Shown: piece by piece, positions 40,499 through 51,714 of the stretch | Position numbering within the stretch: position 1 is the first letter of the stretch | Layout of the letters: every line of letters starts with the position of its first letter | Origin: Eledone cirrhosa | Lineage: Eukaryota | Direction of reading: 5' to 3' | DNA length: 64,000 bases | NCBI GenBank assembly: GCA_964016885.1 | Contig: OZ024740.1 | Location: 354,640,001-354,704,000, forward strand | Position numbers and translations under genes: made by a program | The notes under the pieces: generated by a model | Database searches by the model: none | What the model was told of the DNA's origin: nothing | The model's input: only the letters and a program-made list of their open reading frames with translations

Positions 40499-43120
40499 TA
40501 CTGATACATGACATACCCTGAGATGTTAAATGGTTAAGATTTATTCAAGGTAGTCATTAACCTAAGGGAAAATTTAACATATATACCCTAATTATGAGAA
40601 AATGCGAAAACGTAATAAATTCAATAGAGAATGTGTGAGTAAGAAAAACGTTGCTTAATGTAACAGTTATAGAGATTTTAAAATGTATGATAATACAATA
40701 TATCTAGGAAAACATCTCATGAATCATAACAGCCAGTGATAGCCCCTGGAAAAGGATTTATAAAGAGGGAAAGATAAATGGGGGGGGGGGGTGATAAATG
40801 CAGAAGGAGATTTTTCCCGAAAGTTAAACGGTTAATTTTGAAAATATTTAATTTATAATATTAGGGTGAAGACTCAAGATTTCTGGATTTTTTTGCTGGT
40901 TATTTATATGTTAGTTTTATAAATTCTATAAGTGTGTTAACATTTCTAATCTTCTGAGTTTTATGAGGGTAACATTTAAAGGATTTAGCTGGCACATCAA
41001 GAATGAAATTTTATACTGTTGATTATTTTCCTAAATTTAAACTTTAACAAGGATACGAACATATTAGGTATGTGAAGCTTTTGAAGTACTTATTGTTAGA
41101 AATATTTAAATAACGATTATGTATATAGATATATATTAATGAGCCAGTATATTTTAGGTAAATAATAACGACGAAGATAGAAATAAAATAAAATAATAGA
41201 TTGAGGCATGTTATGGTTAAATATACACCTGTATATAACTGGGTGTAAATGTATTAATTATTCTTTAACGAAGATACCAACATATTAGGTATGTAAAGCT
41301 TCTGAAGTATTTATTGTTAGAAATATTTGAATAACGATTATGTATATAGATATATATTAATGAGCCAGTATATTTTAGGTAAATAATAACGAAAATAGAA
41401 ATAAAATAATAGATTGAGGCATGTTAAGGTTAAATATACACCTATATATAACAGGGTGTAAATGCATTAATTATTCTTAGTTCAGAGTATACATAATCAA
41501 TAAATTTAGAATTTAACTAAAAATTATGTATAGGAAGATATAGGGAGGTATATATAGATATATATTAGGTATTAGTGGTGCAGTATACTTTAGGTAAATG
41601 ATAACGGTTATAATTTTATAAAATAGAGTTCAACGTGTTACATTTAAATATATATATATATATAAGAAAAACCATAATAAGTGCATGGATAATTCAGAGT
41701 TCAAAATAATGTCTATAATAATTTTTAGTTTGGATATTTTCTCTATATTTGAATCATGTATATAGAAATGTGGTAGGTATATTTTTTTTAAATATATAAA
41801 ATATAATATATAATTACATATATATTATAATACATTATATTATAAATAAGAGATCAAAAAACGTACCAAAAATTCACATTTATATACAAGTTTGAATCTG
41901 TTTTAAATTTTAGATTTTAAAGTGCAGTAGGTATATTTAAAAATATACTATATTATATTATACTATAAATAAGAGATCAAAAACTCATTAAAAATTCACA
42001 GTTATAGATAAGTTCCGTAAAGATGTATGGGTTGGGTATTAAACTAAAATTTAAAAGAGATCAAAAATGCATTAAAAATTCACAGTTATAGATAAGTTCC
42101 GTAAAGATGTATGGGTTGGGTATTAAACTAAATTTTAAAACATAGATAGGAAGATAGATAGAGAAATAAAGAAATAATGGTATTGATCAAAGTTAATAAA
42201 ATAATGTTATGTGTATCAGTGTTCCGGTATGTTATTGAACAAGTGTCATTTATTCGAGCGTTATTTCTTCTATAGATAGCTATAATATAAAGCAATATTA
42301 AAGGCGGCCATTAATGTTTTTCCCTGTTGATTATATATTCCTGGTAACCAAGTTATTAATGGTTTAGTGTTATTCTCTCTTTTTTTTTCTCGTTTTATAG
42401 GAGGCTAAAAAAGTGGACGTAGCTTTATGGAGTCAACTAGAGAATAATTCATTTTTTTTTGTTAATTAGGGTCTCATAGTTATTAATAATCAACAGGGTC
42501 TCCATTGTACAGAGCGGGCAGTTATTTGATATACTGGAGTTGCGGTAAATTCCACAGTTCCGAAGTTTTGTCCAAAGAATGAAGTATTTTAAATTCTTCT
42601 CTTTTAATGACCATATGAGCTGTGATAAAGACGTGGATGATTTCATAAAAATCATGATTTCATAAAACTCAGAAGTTAGAAATTTTAACACACTTATAGA
42701 ATTTGTAAAACTAATATATAAATAACCAGCAAAAAAATCCCGAAATCTTGAGTCTTCACCCTAATATTATAAATTAAATATTTTCAAAATTAACCGTTTA
42801 ACTTTCGGGAAAAATCTCCTTCTGCATTTATCACCCTCCCCCCATTTATCTTTCCCTTTTTATAAATCCTTTTCCAGGGGCTATCACTGGCTGTTATGAT
42901 TCATGAGATGTTTTCCTAGATAAATTGTATTATCATACATTTTAAAATCTCTATAACTGTTACGTTAAGCAACGTTTTTCTTACACATTCTCTATTGAAT
43001 TTATTACGGTTTCGCATTTTCTCATAATTAGGATATATATGTTAAATTTTCCCTTAGGTTAATCACTATATTGATTAAATCTTAACCATTTAACATCTCA
43101 GGGTATGTCATGTATCTGTA

Positions 43121-43174
43121 TATTTTGTCTGATGAGGACGTACTGTTGTACATCCGAAATATGTATAATAAAAT
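43121..43174 (+). ncRNA. Minimal PLE-type hammerhead ribozyme
   Basis: ATTTTGT, CTGATGA, GGACGTAC-tgtt-GTACATCC, GAAA-TATG-TA, taATAAAAT. Confidence 0.65.
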
Positions 43175-43383
43175 GTAATTGATCAAAAGAACATCTATTT
43201 TATTAATACTTATATTTTAATATATATATATATATATTTATTTATTCAGGTTTGAGGTTCACCACTGGATAGAGGTGGTCAATTCCGTATGGTCAATCTT
43301 AATGTAATAATATGGAGAGTACGCAACGTAAAGCAGTTCAACCGTCTTTGTTTTTGTAGTTGGTGGTGCTAGTACAGAGTTAA

Positions 43384-43482
43384 ATATTATAATGAAACGA
43401 CAGGAGGCTGGACTTGTGTATATCCTTGAAAGGTTTATTAAACCTTTCAAGGATTTACACAAGTCCAGCCTCCTGTCATTTC

Positions 43483-43492
<10 letters not shown>
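43384..43492. repeat. Near-perfect palindrome, about 53-bp arms
   Basis: tattataatgaaa.gacaggaggctggacttgtgta.atccttgaaaggttta followed by its reverse complement. Confidence 0.92.
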
Positions 43493-43545
<53 letters not shown>

Positions 43546-43549
<4 letters not shown>

Positions 43550-43656
43550 AGTTCCACAACAGTTAGTTCACCATACCAAGAACAAATGTTTCACCTTATT
43601 CGGATCCTCACCTCGAATAAGGTGAAACATTTGTTCTCGGTATGGTGGAACTACTT
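43546..43656. repeat. Hairpin, about 45-bp arms
   Basis: caccataccaagaacaaatgtttcaccttattcg, loop, cgaataaggtgaaacatttgttctcggtatggtg. Confidence 0.88.
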
Positions 43657-43720
43657 CTACCAAACTCGTCCTATGGACTGAGTGCTCTTCTATTACGGAT
43701 ACAACCCACCAGTGTTCTAC

Positions 43721-43808
<88 letters not shown>

Positions 43809-43814
<6 letters not shown>

Positions 43815-44073
43815 ATGTAATAAACAACATAAGGCAATTATTCCATTTACCAGTGGTTTCTTAAAAGCAAAAGGTTTTGCTTTCAATCCTCAGAATGAAA
43901 AAATCCTGGTTTGTTTATTGAATTTGGATTTTAAAAAACCTAGGTTTTTTAAATCCAAATTCAATAAACAAACCAGGATTTTTTCATTCTGAGGATTGAA
44001 AGCAAAACCTTTTGCTTTTAAGAAACCACTGGTAAATGGAATAATTGCCTTATGTTGTTTATTACATAATAAT
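43809..44073. repeat. Near-perfect spacerless palindrome, about 132-bp arms
   Basis: Centre CCTAGG at 43939-43944. Arms appear identical except for a 1-nt indel. Confidence 0.95.
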
Positions 44074-44157
44074 AATTAAGCTCTGTTACCTACATAGAGC
44101 ACTCTTTTTTCCTGGACTTTTCCGACGGAATTACTTCATTTATATATATATATATAT

Positions 44158-44264
44158 ATGAAAACAGGGAGAAAGAGACGATTATAAGGAAGACAAATTT
44201 TTTTTTTCCTTTTTTATTTCTTTCTCTCTTTTTTCTGGGTTAGAAAATGATTAAAATGAAATGT

Positions 44265-44326
<62 letters not shown>

Positions 44327-44431
44327 ACAGGGAGAAAGAGACGATTATAAGGAAGACAAATTTTTTTTTTTCCTTTTTTATTTATTTCTCTCTTTTTTCT
44401 GGGTTAGAAAATGATTAAAACGAAATGTTTT
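44158..44431 (+). repeat. About 110-bp direct duplication separated by (TA)n
   Basis: 44158-44267 matches 44321-44431. Confidence 0.9.
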
Positions 44432-44512
44432 ACTTTGTGTGAAGTGTTAAGGTCTTATTTGATTTATTTATTAATTAACAATGGCATTTATTTATCTATT
44501 TATATATTTAAT

Positions 44513-44562
44513 AATTGTCTATTACCGGTTTCAGCATTTTTATGCATTATCAAATGATAATA
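44513..44562 (-). ncRNA. Minimal hammerhead motif with U3-A8 core
   Basis: Minus strand reads attatcat, TTGATAA, tGCAT-aaaa-ATGCt, GAAAC-CG-GTA, atagacaat. Stem I is imperfect. Confidence 0.5.
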
Positions 44563-44983
44563 ATATGTATTGGTGTAGAATGGTGGTGTTGGACATGTTA
44601 AAGAAATGGTGCAGAAAGAATAATGTTATTTACAAATAAGGTTTATGAAGTGAAAAGAAAAAAGAAAAAAGAAAAAAGGAGCGTAATGTAGAGCATAAAA
44701 AGTCAATGTGAAAGGAAAAATAATGTTATTGACAGGCATAGTTCTTGAAGTTAAGCAGATCAAATTGTGTTAATATAGCAAGAGTGCTTAGTTGATCCAT
44801 GATTCCATGATGGAGGTAAATGGTGGACTAGGGTATTGCAAAATACACTATATATATACATTCATATATATATCGCTATTTCAGAGCACCAATTCTAATG
44901 TTCAATTTCTGCCTGACCGGCAACCGCTCTGTATAATCAGTCCCTGATTATTACTAGAATTCTATAAGAATCAAACATTCATG

Positions 44984-45077
44984 ATTTTCAGCAAACAGGT
45001 GGAGTACTTGGCTTTGATAAGTACCAATCAGTACGAAACAGAACTCTGTCAGCTTTATCTCCCTGTTTGCTGAAAAT
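44984..45077 (+). ncRNA. Type I hammerhead ribozyme with U3-A8 core and extended stem I
   Basis: GGCT, TTGATAA, GTAC-caatca-GTAC, GAAA, CAG-aact-CTG, TC, AGCT. Stem I is extended by ggag/ctcc and a 16-bp attttcagcaaacagg/cctgtttgctgaaaat helix. Confidence 0.78.
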
Positions 45078-45178
45078 TTAAAGTGAGACTGTCACTACTC
45101 TAAAACAATAGCGTAAGGTCTTCGAAATGCTTTTAATTAAGCATACAGTGTATTGCAAAATACACTATATATACATTC

Positions 45179-45211
<33 letters not shown>

Positions 45212-45214
<3 letters not shown>

Positions 45215-45599
45215 AGTGACCTGCATTCCGAGGGCTCATGGATACATTCTCCGTACGTTGTTTGGCTCAGTTCAGCCAATCGCTATCAGCGTAGGAGAAT
45301 GTATCTCGACTTCCACCCAGAGGGAAAAATTCCCGCGGCGATTCAAAAATCGCCCTCTTGCTGCTTTAGACTCTGAAAGGTCAACACGCAATTAATTGAC
45401 GGTGAGTCTTTCACTTTGGCCTGTCGACCTCCTTTGGCCCGGCACACCGCCTTTTCTTTACTTCTCAAAACTCTGAATTTTGTTTGTTCTCTTCTTTGAC
45501 TTGTCAACCCAACTTAACATTTGTGGTCGGTTGTAAATAAAGCTTGTAAAATATTATAAAGTCTCATAATATTTTCTACAAAGCCTACAATGAACTACA
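45212..45599 (+). mobile_element. Solo LTR related to the tRNA-Trp element LTR
   Basis: TGTAGT...ACTACA ends. The 5' part is homologous to 46235 (tgtagtgacct.cattccg.gggctca...tttggctcag.tcagccaatc). Confidence 0.7.
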
Positions 45600-45779
45600 A
45601 CTACTTCAACAAACATTCACTTTATGGCTAACTTTGCCTCTCCCTCACTTAACAAACCTTACATTTCTCACTATAACAAATATTCATTCTTATTAATATT
45701 ATGCCATGTAGGCATAATATTATTTTTCTTCTATATATATATGGAGAATAGGATTGGTTGTGTAGTTGCTAGTTGAGGT

Positions 45780-45861
45780 AGCTTAAAATGGAGTGAGAAT
45801 AAGCAGAAAGCAAGAACGGGGGGAGTTTTGCTTTCTTCTTATTCTCACTCCATTTAAAGCT
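45780..45861. repeat. Imperfect hairpin, about 35-bp arms
   Basis: agcttaaaatggagtgagaataag...cttattctcactccatttaaagct. Confidence 0.8.
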
Positions 45862-45874
45862 AAATATATGTGTG

Positions 45875-48800
45875 TGTAGCGAAATCTGTCCACACCTTGA
45901 CCCCTGGGTGACATTTAACAGTTATTTTCGGATGTAAACAAGTCTGAGAGTGGTCGACCAGGGGACAGAGGAAATTAGAGATATAAATAGCCTGTCTTAG
46001 ATCAAGCAGCAATTCTTGATAGGGTAAACATCTTTCACTCAATTTCTATCTCTTGGTCTCTCTCTTAACCAAGCTAGTAAAGTTAATGAAGTTTTCTTCG
46101 TAAATACAATTTAATTCTACTTTTACAAACAAACAAATAACGTACATAATTCTTATCTATTTTTTGTAGAGCTCCGGCGTGAGCTATATTCAATAAATTA
46201 ATAATATAGCGGTTTGGTGTCATCCTATTGACCATGTAGCGACCTACATTCCGCGGGCTCACATAATTCTCTGTGCGTGATTTGGCTCAGCTCAGCCAAT
46301 CAGCGCCAGTAGAAGAGAATGTATCCCTACGCGCCCTGAGGGGGAAATTCCCCGCGGGGATTTGAAGAATCAGCTTCTCGCATCCTGAACTTCCAAGGAA
46401 CAACACGTACAACATGTAACGGTGAGATTTTGCACTTTGGCCTGCCGGCCTTCCTTGGGCCTGACACAATGGCACATTCCCTTTTGTAACCTCATTGTAT
46501 GTGTAACTTCAACCATACAAGTTAACAAACATTATTTGTGCTACAACAAAAATAAACATACATTTCATTTCTGATTTCTGCTGTTGACATCATTATTATG
46601 TTACTCGTGTCCCAATAACATTTATATACTATGCTGCTAAAAATGGTGACCCCGACGTGATGAATATTTTCAGTTCAAAATATTCCTTTTGAAATAAAAT
46701 TAAAATTGGCAGTGTATGTATAAAAAAAAATAAAAAAATTTCACCACGAGGAAATTAGTATCAAAATGGCTATCACCCTTACCAACAACAGCAGCGACAA
46801 CACTGCTTAACCGCTGACCATAGACAACGGAATAACTATGTGGCAGCTTCATAGCCTTTACCGACGCAAACCACCACACATCATATTGTTTACTTCTACG
46901 CTTTCACCTCTTCTATCATCTCTGCCGTTAAGAAAAAAAATGGAAGTAGTTTTTTTTTTTTTTTTAAGAAGAACAACACGTGGTTTAACTTTCATGAACC
47001 CGCCCGCGACAACATCTTTGAAAGAAAAAATTAGCTGTATTTTCAAAATTATGGCACGGAAACATTTTTCTTTCGATACGGCTTCCTGCAATACAAACAA
47101 GCAAACACCGAACTCGCGTGGTGACTTACGGCTCTTCAACGCTCGACTTCGCTTCGATAGCAACAACAACAACAAAAATTCTACTAGCTTCCCAAAAAAA
47201 TTTCAAAGAAAAGAAAAGGCGAACTTTTTGTTAAAAGAAAAGAAACAATTCTTTCTTTCTTCCTTTTTTTTTCAGGCAATGTTTGGACATTTATTTTTTT
47301 TTAAACTGTATTATATGAAAATTCATTTTTTTTTTATCATTGTATATATAACTATCATTTTCTTTATCATTGTATATATGACTGCACCCACACATTCTTT
47401 GCTGTATTACATGCCTGCATATGCACACACATTTCTTTGACACACACCAATATGTTGTTCTTAGTATATGTTCTTCAAACGTAATATTCTGCGAGATCCC
47501 TTTTCACCTGGTTGAGGTGCCGACACATGTTAGCGACTCATAGAGCTTAATTCACCTGGATTCAAACAGGCACCGCAACACGAGAACTGCTAATTACAGC
47601 TGGATTCAAACAGCTTCGCATCTCGTGCACACTCATCGTCCATAACAACCTCCATTGTGTTACCTTACCCGACTCACTCGGAAAACAACAAATGGAACTG
47701 GACCTGTCAGCATTTCCACCACTTCTGTGGATTCGCCGGAATTATGGAATTTACATTGCAACTACTACCCACCTACAGATTCAACTTGCTTTTTTCTTTT
47801 CAAAGCAACCAGCCATTTTTTCCTGGCTGCCTAGCACTTTCGGCAATACATCTGGGAGGCCGACATTTTCTCGCCTACCCATCATCTTTTTGCCAGCACT
47901 GGTAAACTACATAATAGCTTCATCCACAGCTACTGGTACAACAATTACCATTAACATTTAATGTAAGAACAGCAACTTCGCCCATATCAGACTTTATCCG
48001 TTTTCTGTTAGACCCTTGGTGGTCACGTATAAACTACAAAGCAGCTAGTCATTTGACACAACGGCTCAACACGGCCCTTAGTGCCTCATTTTTTTTCTTG
48101 CATGCATTCTTCTGTTCAATTATTTTTAAAATAAAGTACCAGAAATGCACTAGGTAATTGCTGGCCTTGTGCCTAAGGTAGAAACAATTATTTGTGTCTA
48201 CAATAAGGGCGGTGGATTGGCAGTATCGGTAGAGGGTCGGACGCCATGCTTTCCAGCATAGTTATGACCCTTTACGAGCTGAGTTCAAATCCCGCCGAGG
48301 TTGACTTTGCCTTTCATCCTTACGGGCTCGATAAAATGAAGTACCAGTAATGCACTGGGTAATTGCTGGCCTTGTACCTAAAGTAGAAACAATTATTTGT
48401 GCTACAACAAAAATAAACATACCTACAGATTCAACTTGCTTTTTTCTTTTCAAAGCAACCAACCATTTTTTCCTGGCTGCCTAGCACTTTCGGCAATACA
48501 TCTGGGAGCCCGACATTTTCTTGCCAGCACTGGTAAACTACCATAATAGCTTCATCCACAGCTACTGGTACAACAATTACCATTAACATTTAATGTAAGA
48601 ACAGCAACTTCGCCCATATCAGACTTTATCCGTTTTCTGTTAGACCCTTGGTGGTCACGTATAAACTACAAAACAGCTAGTCATTTGACACAGCGGCTCA
48701 ACACGGCCCTTAGCACCTCATTTTTTTTCTTGCATGCATTCTTCTGTTCAATTATTTTTTTCACTGATGTACTCTTTCAGCATTTTTTTCCTGTTGATTC

Positions 48801-49491
48801 AATAATCTGTATCGTCTTACGACTAGAGGGGAGTATTGTAGTGACCTACATTCCGCGGGCTCACATACATTCTCTGATTTGGCTCAGCTCAGCCAATCAG
48901 CGCCAGTAGAAGAGAATGTATCCCTACGCGCCCTGAGGGAGAAATCCCCGCGGGGATTTGAAGAATCAGCCTCTCGCATCCTGAACTTCCAAGGGACAAC
49001 ACGTACATGTAACGGTGAGATTTTGCACTTTGGCCTGCCGGCCTTCCTTGGGCCTGGCACAATGGCACATTTCCTTTTGTAACCTCATTTTATGTGTAAC
49101 TTCAACCATACAAATTAACAAACATTATTTGTGCTACAACAGTGGTGGTGGATTGGCAGTATCGGTAGAGGGTCGGACGCCATGCTTTCCAGCAGAGTTA
49201 CGTCCCTTTACGATCTGAGTTCAAATCCCGCCGAGGTTGACTTTGCCTTTCATCCTTACGGGGTCGATAAAATAAAGTACCAGTAATGCACTGGGTAATT
49301 TGCTGGCCTTGTGCCAAATGTACAAACAATTATTTGTGCTACAACAAAAATAAACATTTCATCTCTAATTTCTGCTGTTGACATCATTATTATGTTACTC
49401 ATGTCCCATATACTATGCTGCTAAAACCACTTACTCACTTAACTGCACACATGCAACCTCTGGTCACAATGTATGACAGGACACAGCTACA
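45875..49491 (+). mobile_element. Solo LTR (about 420 bp) split by nested copy 2 of the tRNA-Trp element
   Basis: TGTAGC at 45875 and GCTACA at 49486-49491. TATAAA near 45982 and AATAAA near 46192. Flanks tgtg/agtg. Confidence 0.5.
46235..49425 (+). mobile_element. Non-autonomous LTR retroelement, copy 2 (tRNA-Trp PBS)
   Basis: 5' LTR 46235-46641, PBS 46644-46661, PPT agaggggag at about 48825-48833, 3' LTR 48837-49425 with SINE at 49141-49329. Exact 4-bp TSD ACCA. Internal duplication 47770-48127 and 48420-48757 separated by SINE pieces. Confidence 0.9.
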
Positions 49492-49978
49492 AGTGAGCAC
49501 GCACGCAACAATCGAATCACCACCACAACACAATCAACAAACATGACCTCAAAAAACGATCTATATATATATAGTCTCGACATTACATCTCAATAAATAA
49601 TATTGCTTAGAACATAATTCAGAGAAGCTTATAAATAAAATTCAAACATTAATCTATCTTAAATAAGGCTCAGAATTGACTATAAGGAAGATCACATTAA
49701 AATAAAAGAAACCCATGTGTGTATTTACCCAGAGGCAAAATTAATTAAGCAAGCTAAATATCTAGTGCTTAGCGTATTTATTACCAGCAATTTCTGGCAG
49801 AGTTAGAGGATTTCTATGGGTTTTTAGTCTGTAAAACTGCAGTTAGGGGTAATAAATTCGTTAAACACTAGATTTTGTGTATATATATATATCGTTGCTC
49901 GGGTGATACTGATAGCAAGATAGATTGATATGGGTTGATGAATGGATGGAGAGATAATGAACACAACCACAAGGATAT

Positions 49979-50130
49979 GGTCCGAACGTGGAAGAGCCGA
50001 ACTCCCACTGCCATCGCTTCCATCTCTCTGTATGGTGAGCAAATGGGGTCCCACGTACTGGCCTCCCCACAGCATCGGCGGACAGAATGGAGAAGGCGTT
50101 TTCCCTGAGTATGGTAAGGGAGATGCGCTA
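49979..50130 (+). repeat. Fragment of the Gypsy-associated terminal repeat, inverted relative to 32236 and 39818
   Basis: gtccgaacgtggaagagccgaactccc...ggagaaggcgttt...ggtaagggagatgcgct. Confidence 0.75.
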
Positions 50131-50245
50131 GATACTGTTATCTTTTGCTCTGGTAGCGGCTCGCTTGTCCACCCCTTTCACCTGCCTTTTGTTGTATGTG
50201 ATCCTAGATCTATGTATTACCTGCTTCTCTCTTTATTTTCTTACC

Positions 50246-50321
50246 ACGCACGCTGATGAATCTGGGTGAGTTCAAACACTAATTTTCTGGCGAAACAATC
50301 TCTCTGAGTTTGTACGTGTGT
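50246..50321 (+). ncRNA. Hammerhead motif of the 16.6-kb family (diverged)
   Basis: ACGCACG, CTGATGA...GAAAC...TTTGTA, CGTGTGT. The downstream flank is homologous to 16749-16840. Stem II is weakened. Confidence 0.55.
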
Positions 50322-50935
50322 GATATATAGTTATAAAGGTGGGTAAATTCATTCTGATTTATATATTTAATTATAATGTATCTACCTCACCTTTCTTAGT
50401 TCATAGGATCCATTCCTTGTAACTTGATAAACACACCCATCCTCTCTCTCTCGTGTTTTCTTCTCTTTCTCTCTCTCTATATATATATAAAATGACAGAA
50501 TCATTCTGTCATTACTACAACAAAGGTACGGCGAGCTTTTGATTCCAGATCGAACGTTGAGCTGATCAATATCGAAACGCGCGTCACCAATCAAACGTGA
50601 TGAAGGCTTAACAAATCGTCCTTGTATTATTATATTACACTCTGTCTAGCTCTACACCTCGCTACTGGCGTGAAACTAAACATCGAGTGTTCACCTCGGT
50701 GAATCTACAGTAACTTCACGTTACACTTCCTGGATATATTTATATATTATGAAATACTGTTGGCTTCACGCTCACAATAATTTCTATACTTTCATTTATA
50801 TATATATATATATATATATACCATTGCTTTTCTCAAGGGTGAGGGCGGGGGCATGTAAAATGGATTGATCAAAACTAGGACCACAGGTATCACTCACTGG
50901 GCAAATCTGCTATTGTGCAATCAATATGTACGCTA

Positions 50936-50996
<61 letters not shown>

Positions 50997-51000
50997 AATA

Positions 51001-51298
51001 CAGTATTCCCCCGGTATTCGCCGTGCTTACGTTCCTAGGGCACCCGCGAAGAGTGAAAAACTGCAAATATTGGAGATGGTCCATAAAAATGTCTAAATAT
51101 AATTTTTAAAAAGGGGAGCGTCTATGTGAAGGGGCGTCCAATGGACCGACAGATACGGTATATTGTTATTAATAATTTAGTGTCAAAAATATATATAAAA
51201 AAGCCGTAAAAAAAATCGCGGAAGATATTTACGATTTCCACGAACAATTATTAGTTAGGTTCTAAGGAAAATTTCGCGAATGCCAAAGGTACACTCTG
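51001..51298. mobile_element. Tigger/pogo-like MITE
   Basis: TA-CAGTATTCCCCCGGTATTCGC at the left end and a degenerate inverse cgcgaatgccaaaggtacact at the right end. Confidence 0.45.
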
Positions 51299-51304
51299 TG
51301 TGTG

Positions 51305-51338
<34 letters not shown>

Positions 51339-51389
51339 GTTGTAATGCACCTGAGCACTGTACACAATAATTTCATTATTATTATTATA
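51339..51389 (+). mobile_element. Extreme 3' tail of the CR1 LINE family
   Basis: Near identical to 54783-54835, with an (ATT)n tail. Confidence 0.8.
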
Positions 51390-51714
51390 TATATATTCTC
51401 TTCATTTAACATCAATTTTTCCATACTCGCACGGTAGAAGGGAGTCTTTAGTCATGCCACACACGTCCTCTTCAGTGGCATAATAAAATGACCCAATCCA
51501 TGTTGTTAAGTGATAGATGATCAACCATATACCACCACCAACAACAAAAGTGGTCAGTTTTCTCAGTTGCTCTGTAAACCAGATGACGGACTATAAGTGG
51601 TGAGATGTAGTGAGGCCCAACCAGCCCAGCTCAATATGGAAAAAAATAAAATGATGTATGATGATGGTGGTGATGATATTTTTGCCCCTATAATTTCAAT
51701 ATACTAAAACGTTT

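Larger units (their letters stand above)
40320..43223 (-). mobile_element. 5'-truncated Penelope-like element with inverted pLTR
   Basis: ORF 42449-42691 (minus) reads TSLSQLIWSLKEKNLKYFILW...CPLCTMETLLI...LINK, resembling the PLE GIY-YIG C-terminus. About 570-bp inverted arms at 40396-40966 and 42660-43223, each with a hammerhead. Long AT-rich 3' UTR with internal tandem duplications. Confidence 0.85.

Noticed and set aside
46838-47440. 200-aa ORF inside the LTR element as gag
   Set aside because: Low complexity, no gag motifs, and not preserved in copy 1.
32236-50130. One giant inverted duplication (32-35 kb versus 46-50 kb)
   Set aside because: The two LTR-element copies have different TSDs and unrelated immediate flanks, so they are independent insertions.
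50570-50610. GAAAC-GCGC-GTC hammerhead 3' half
   Set aside because: No properly placed CUGANGA or UUGANAA core and no stem I.
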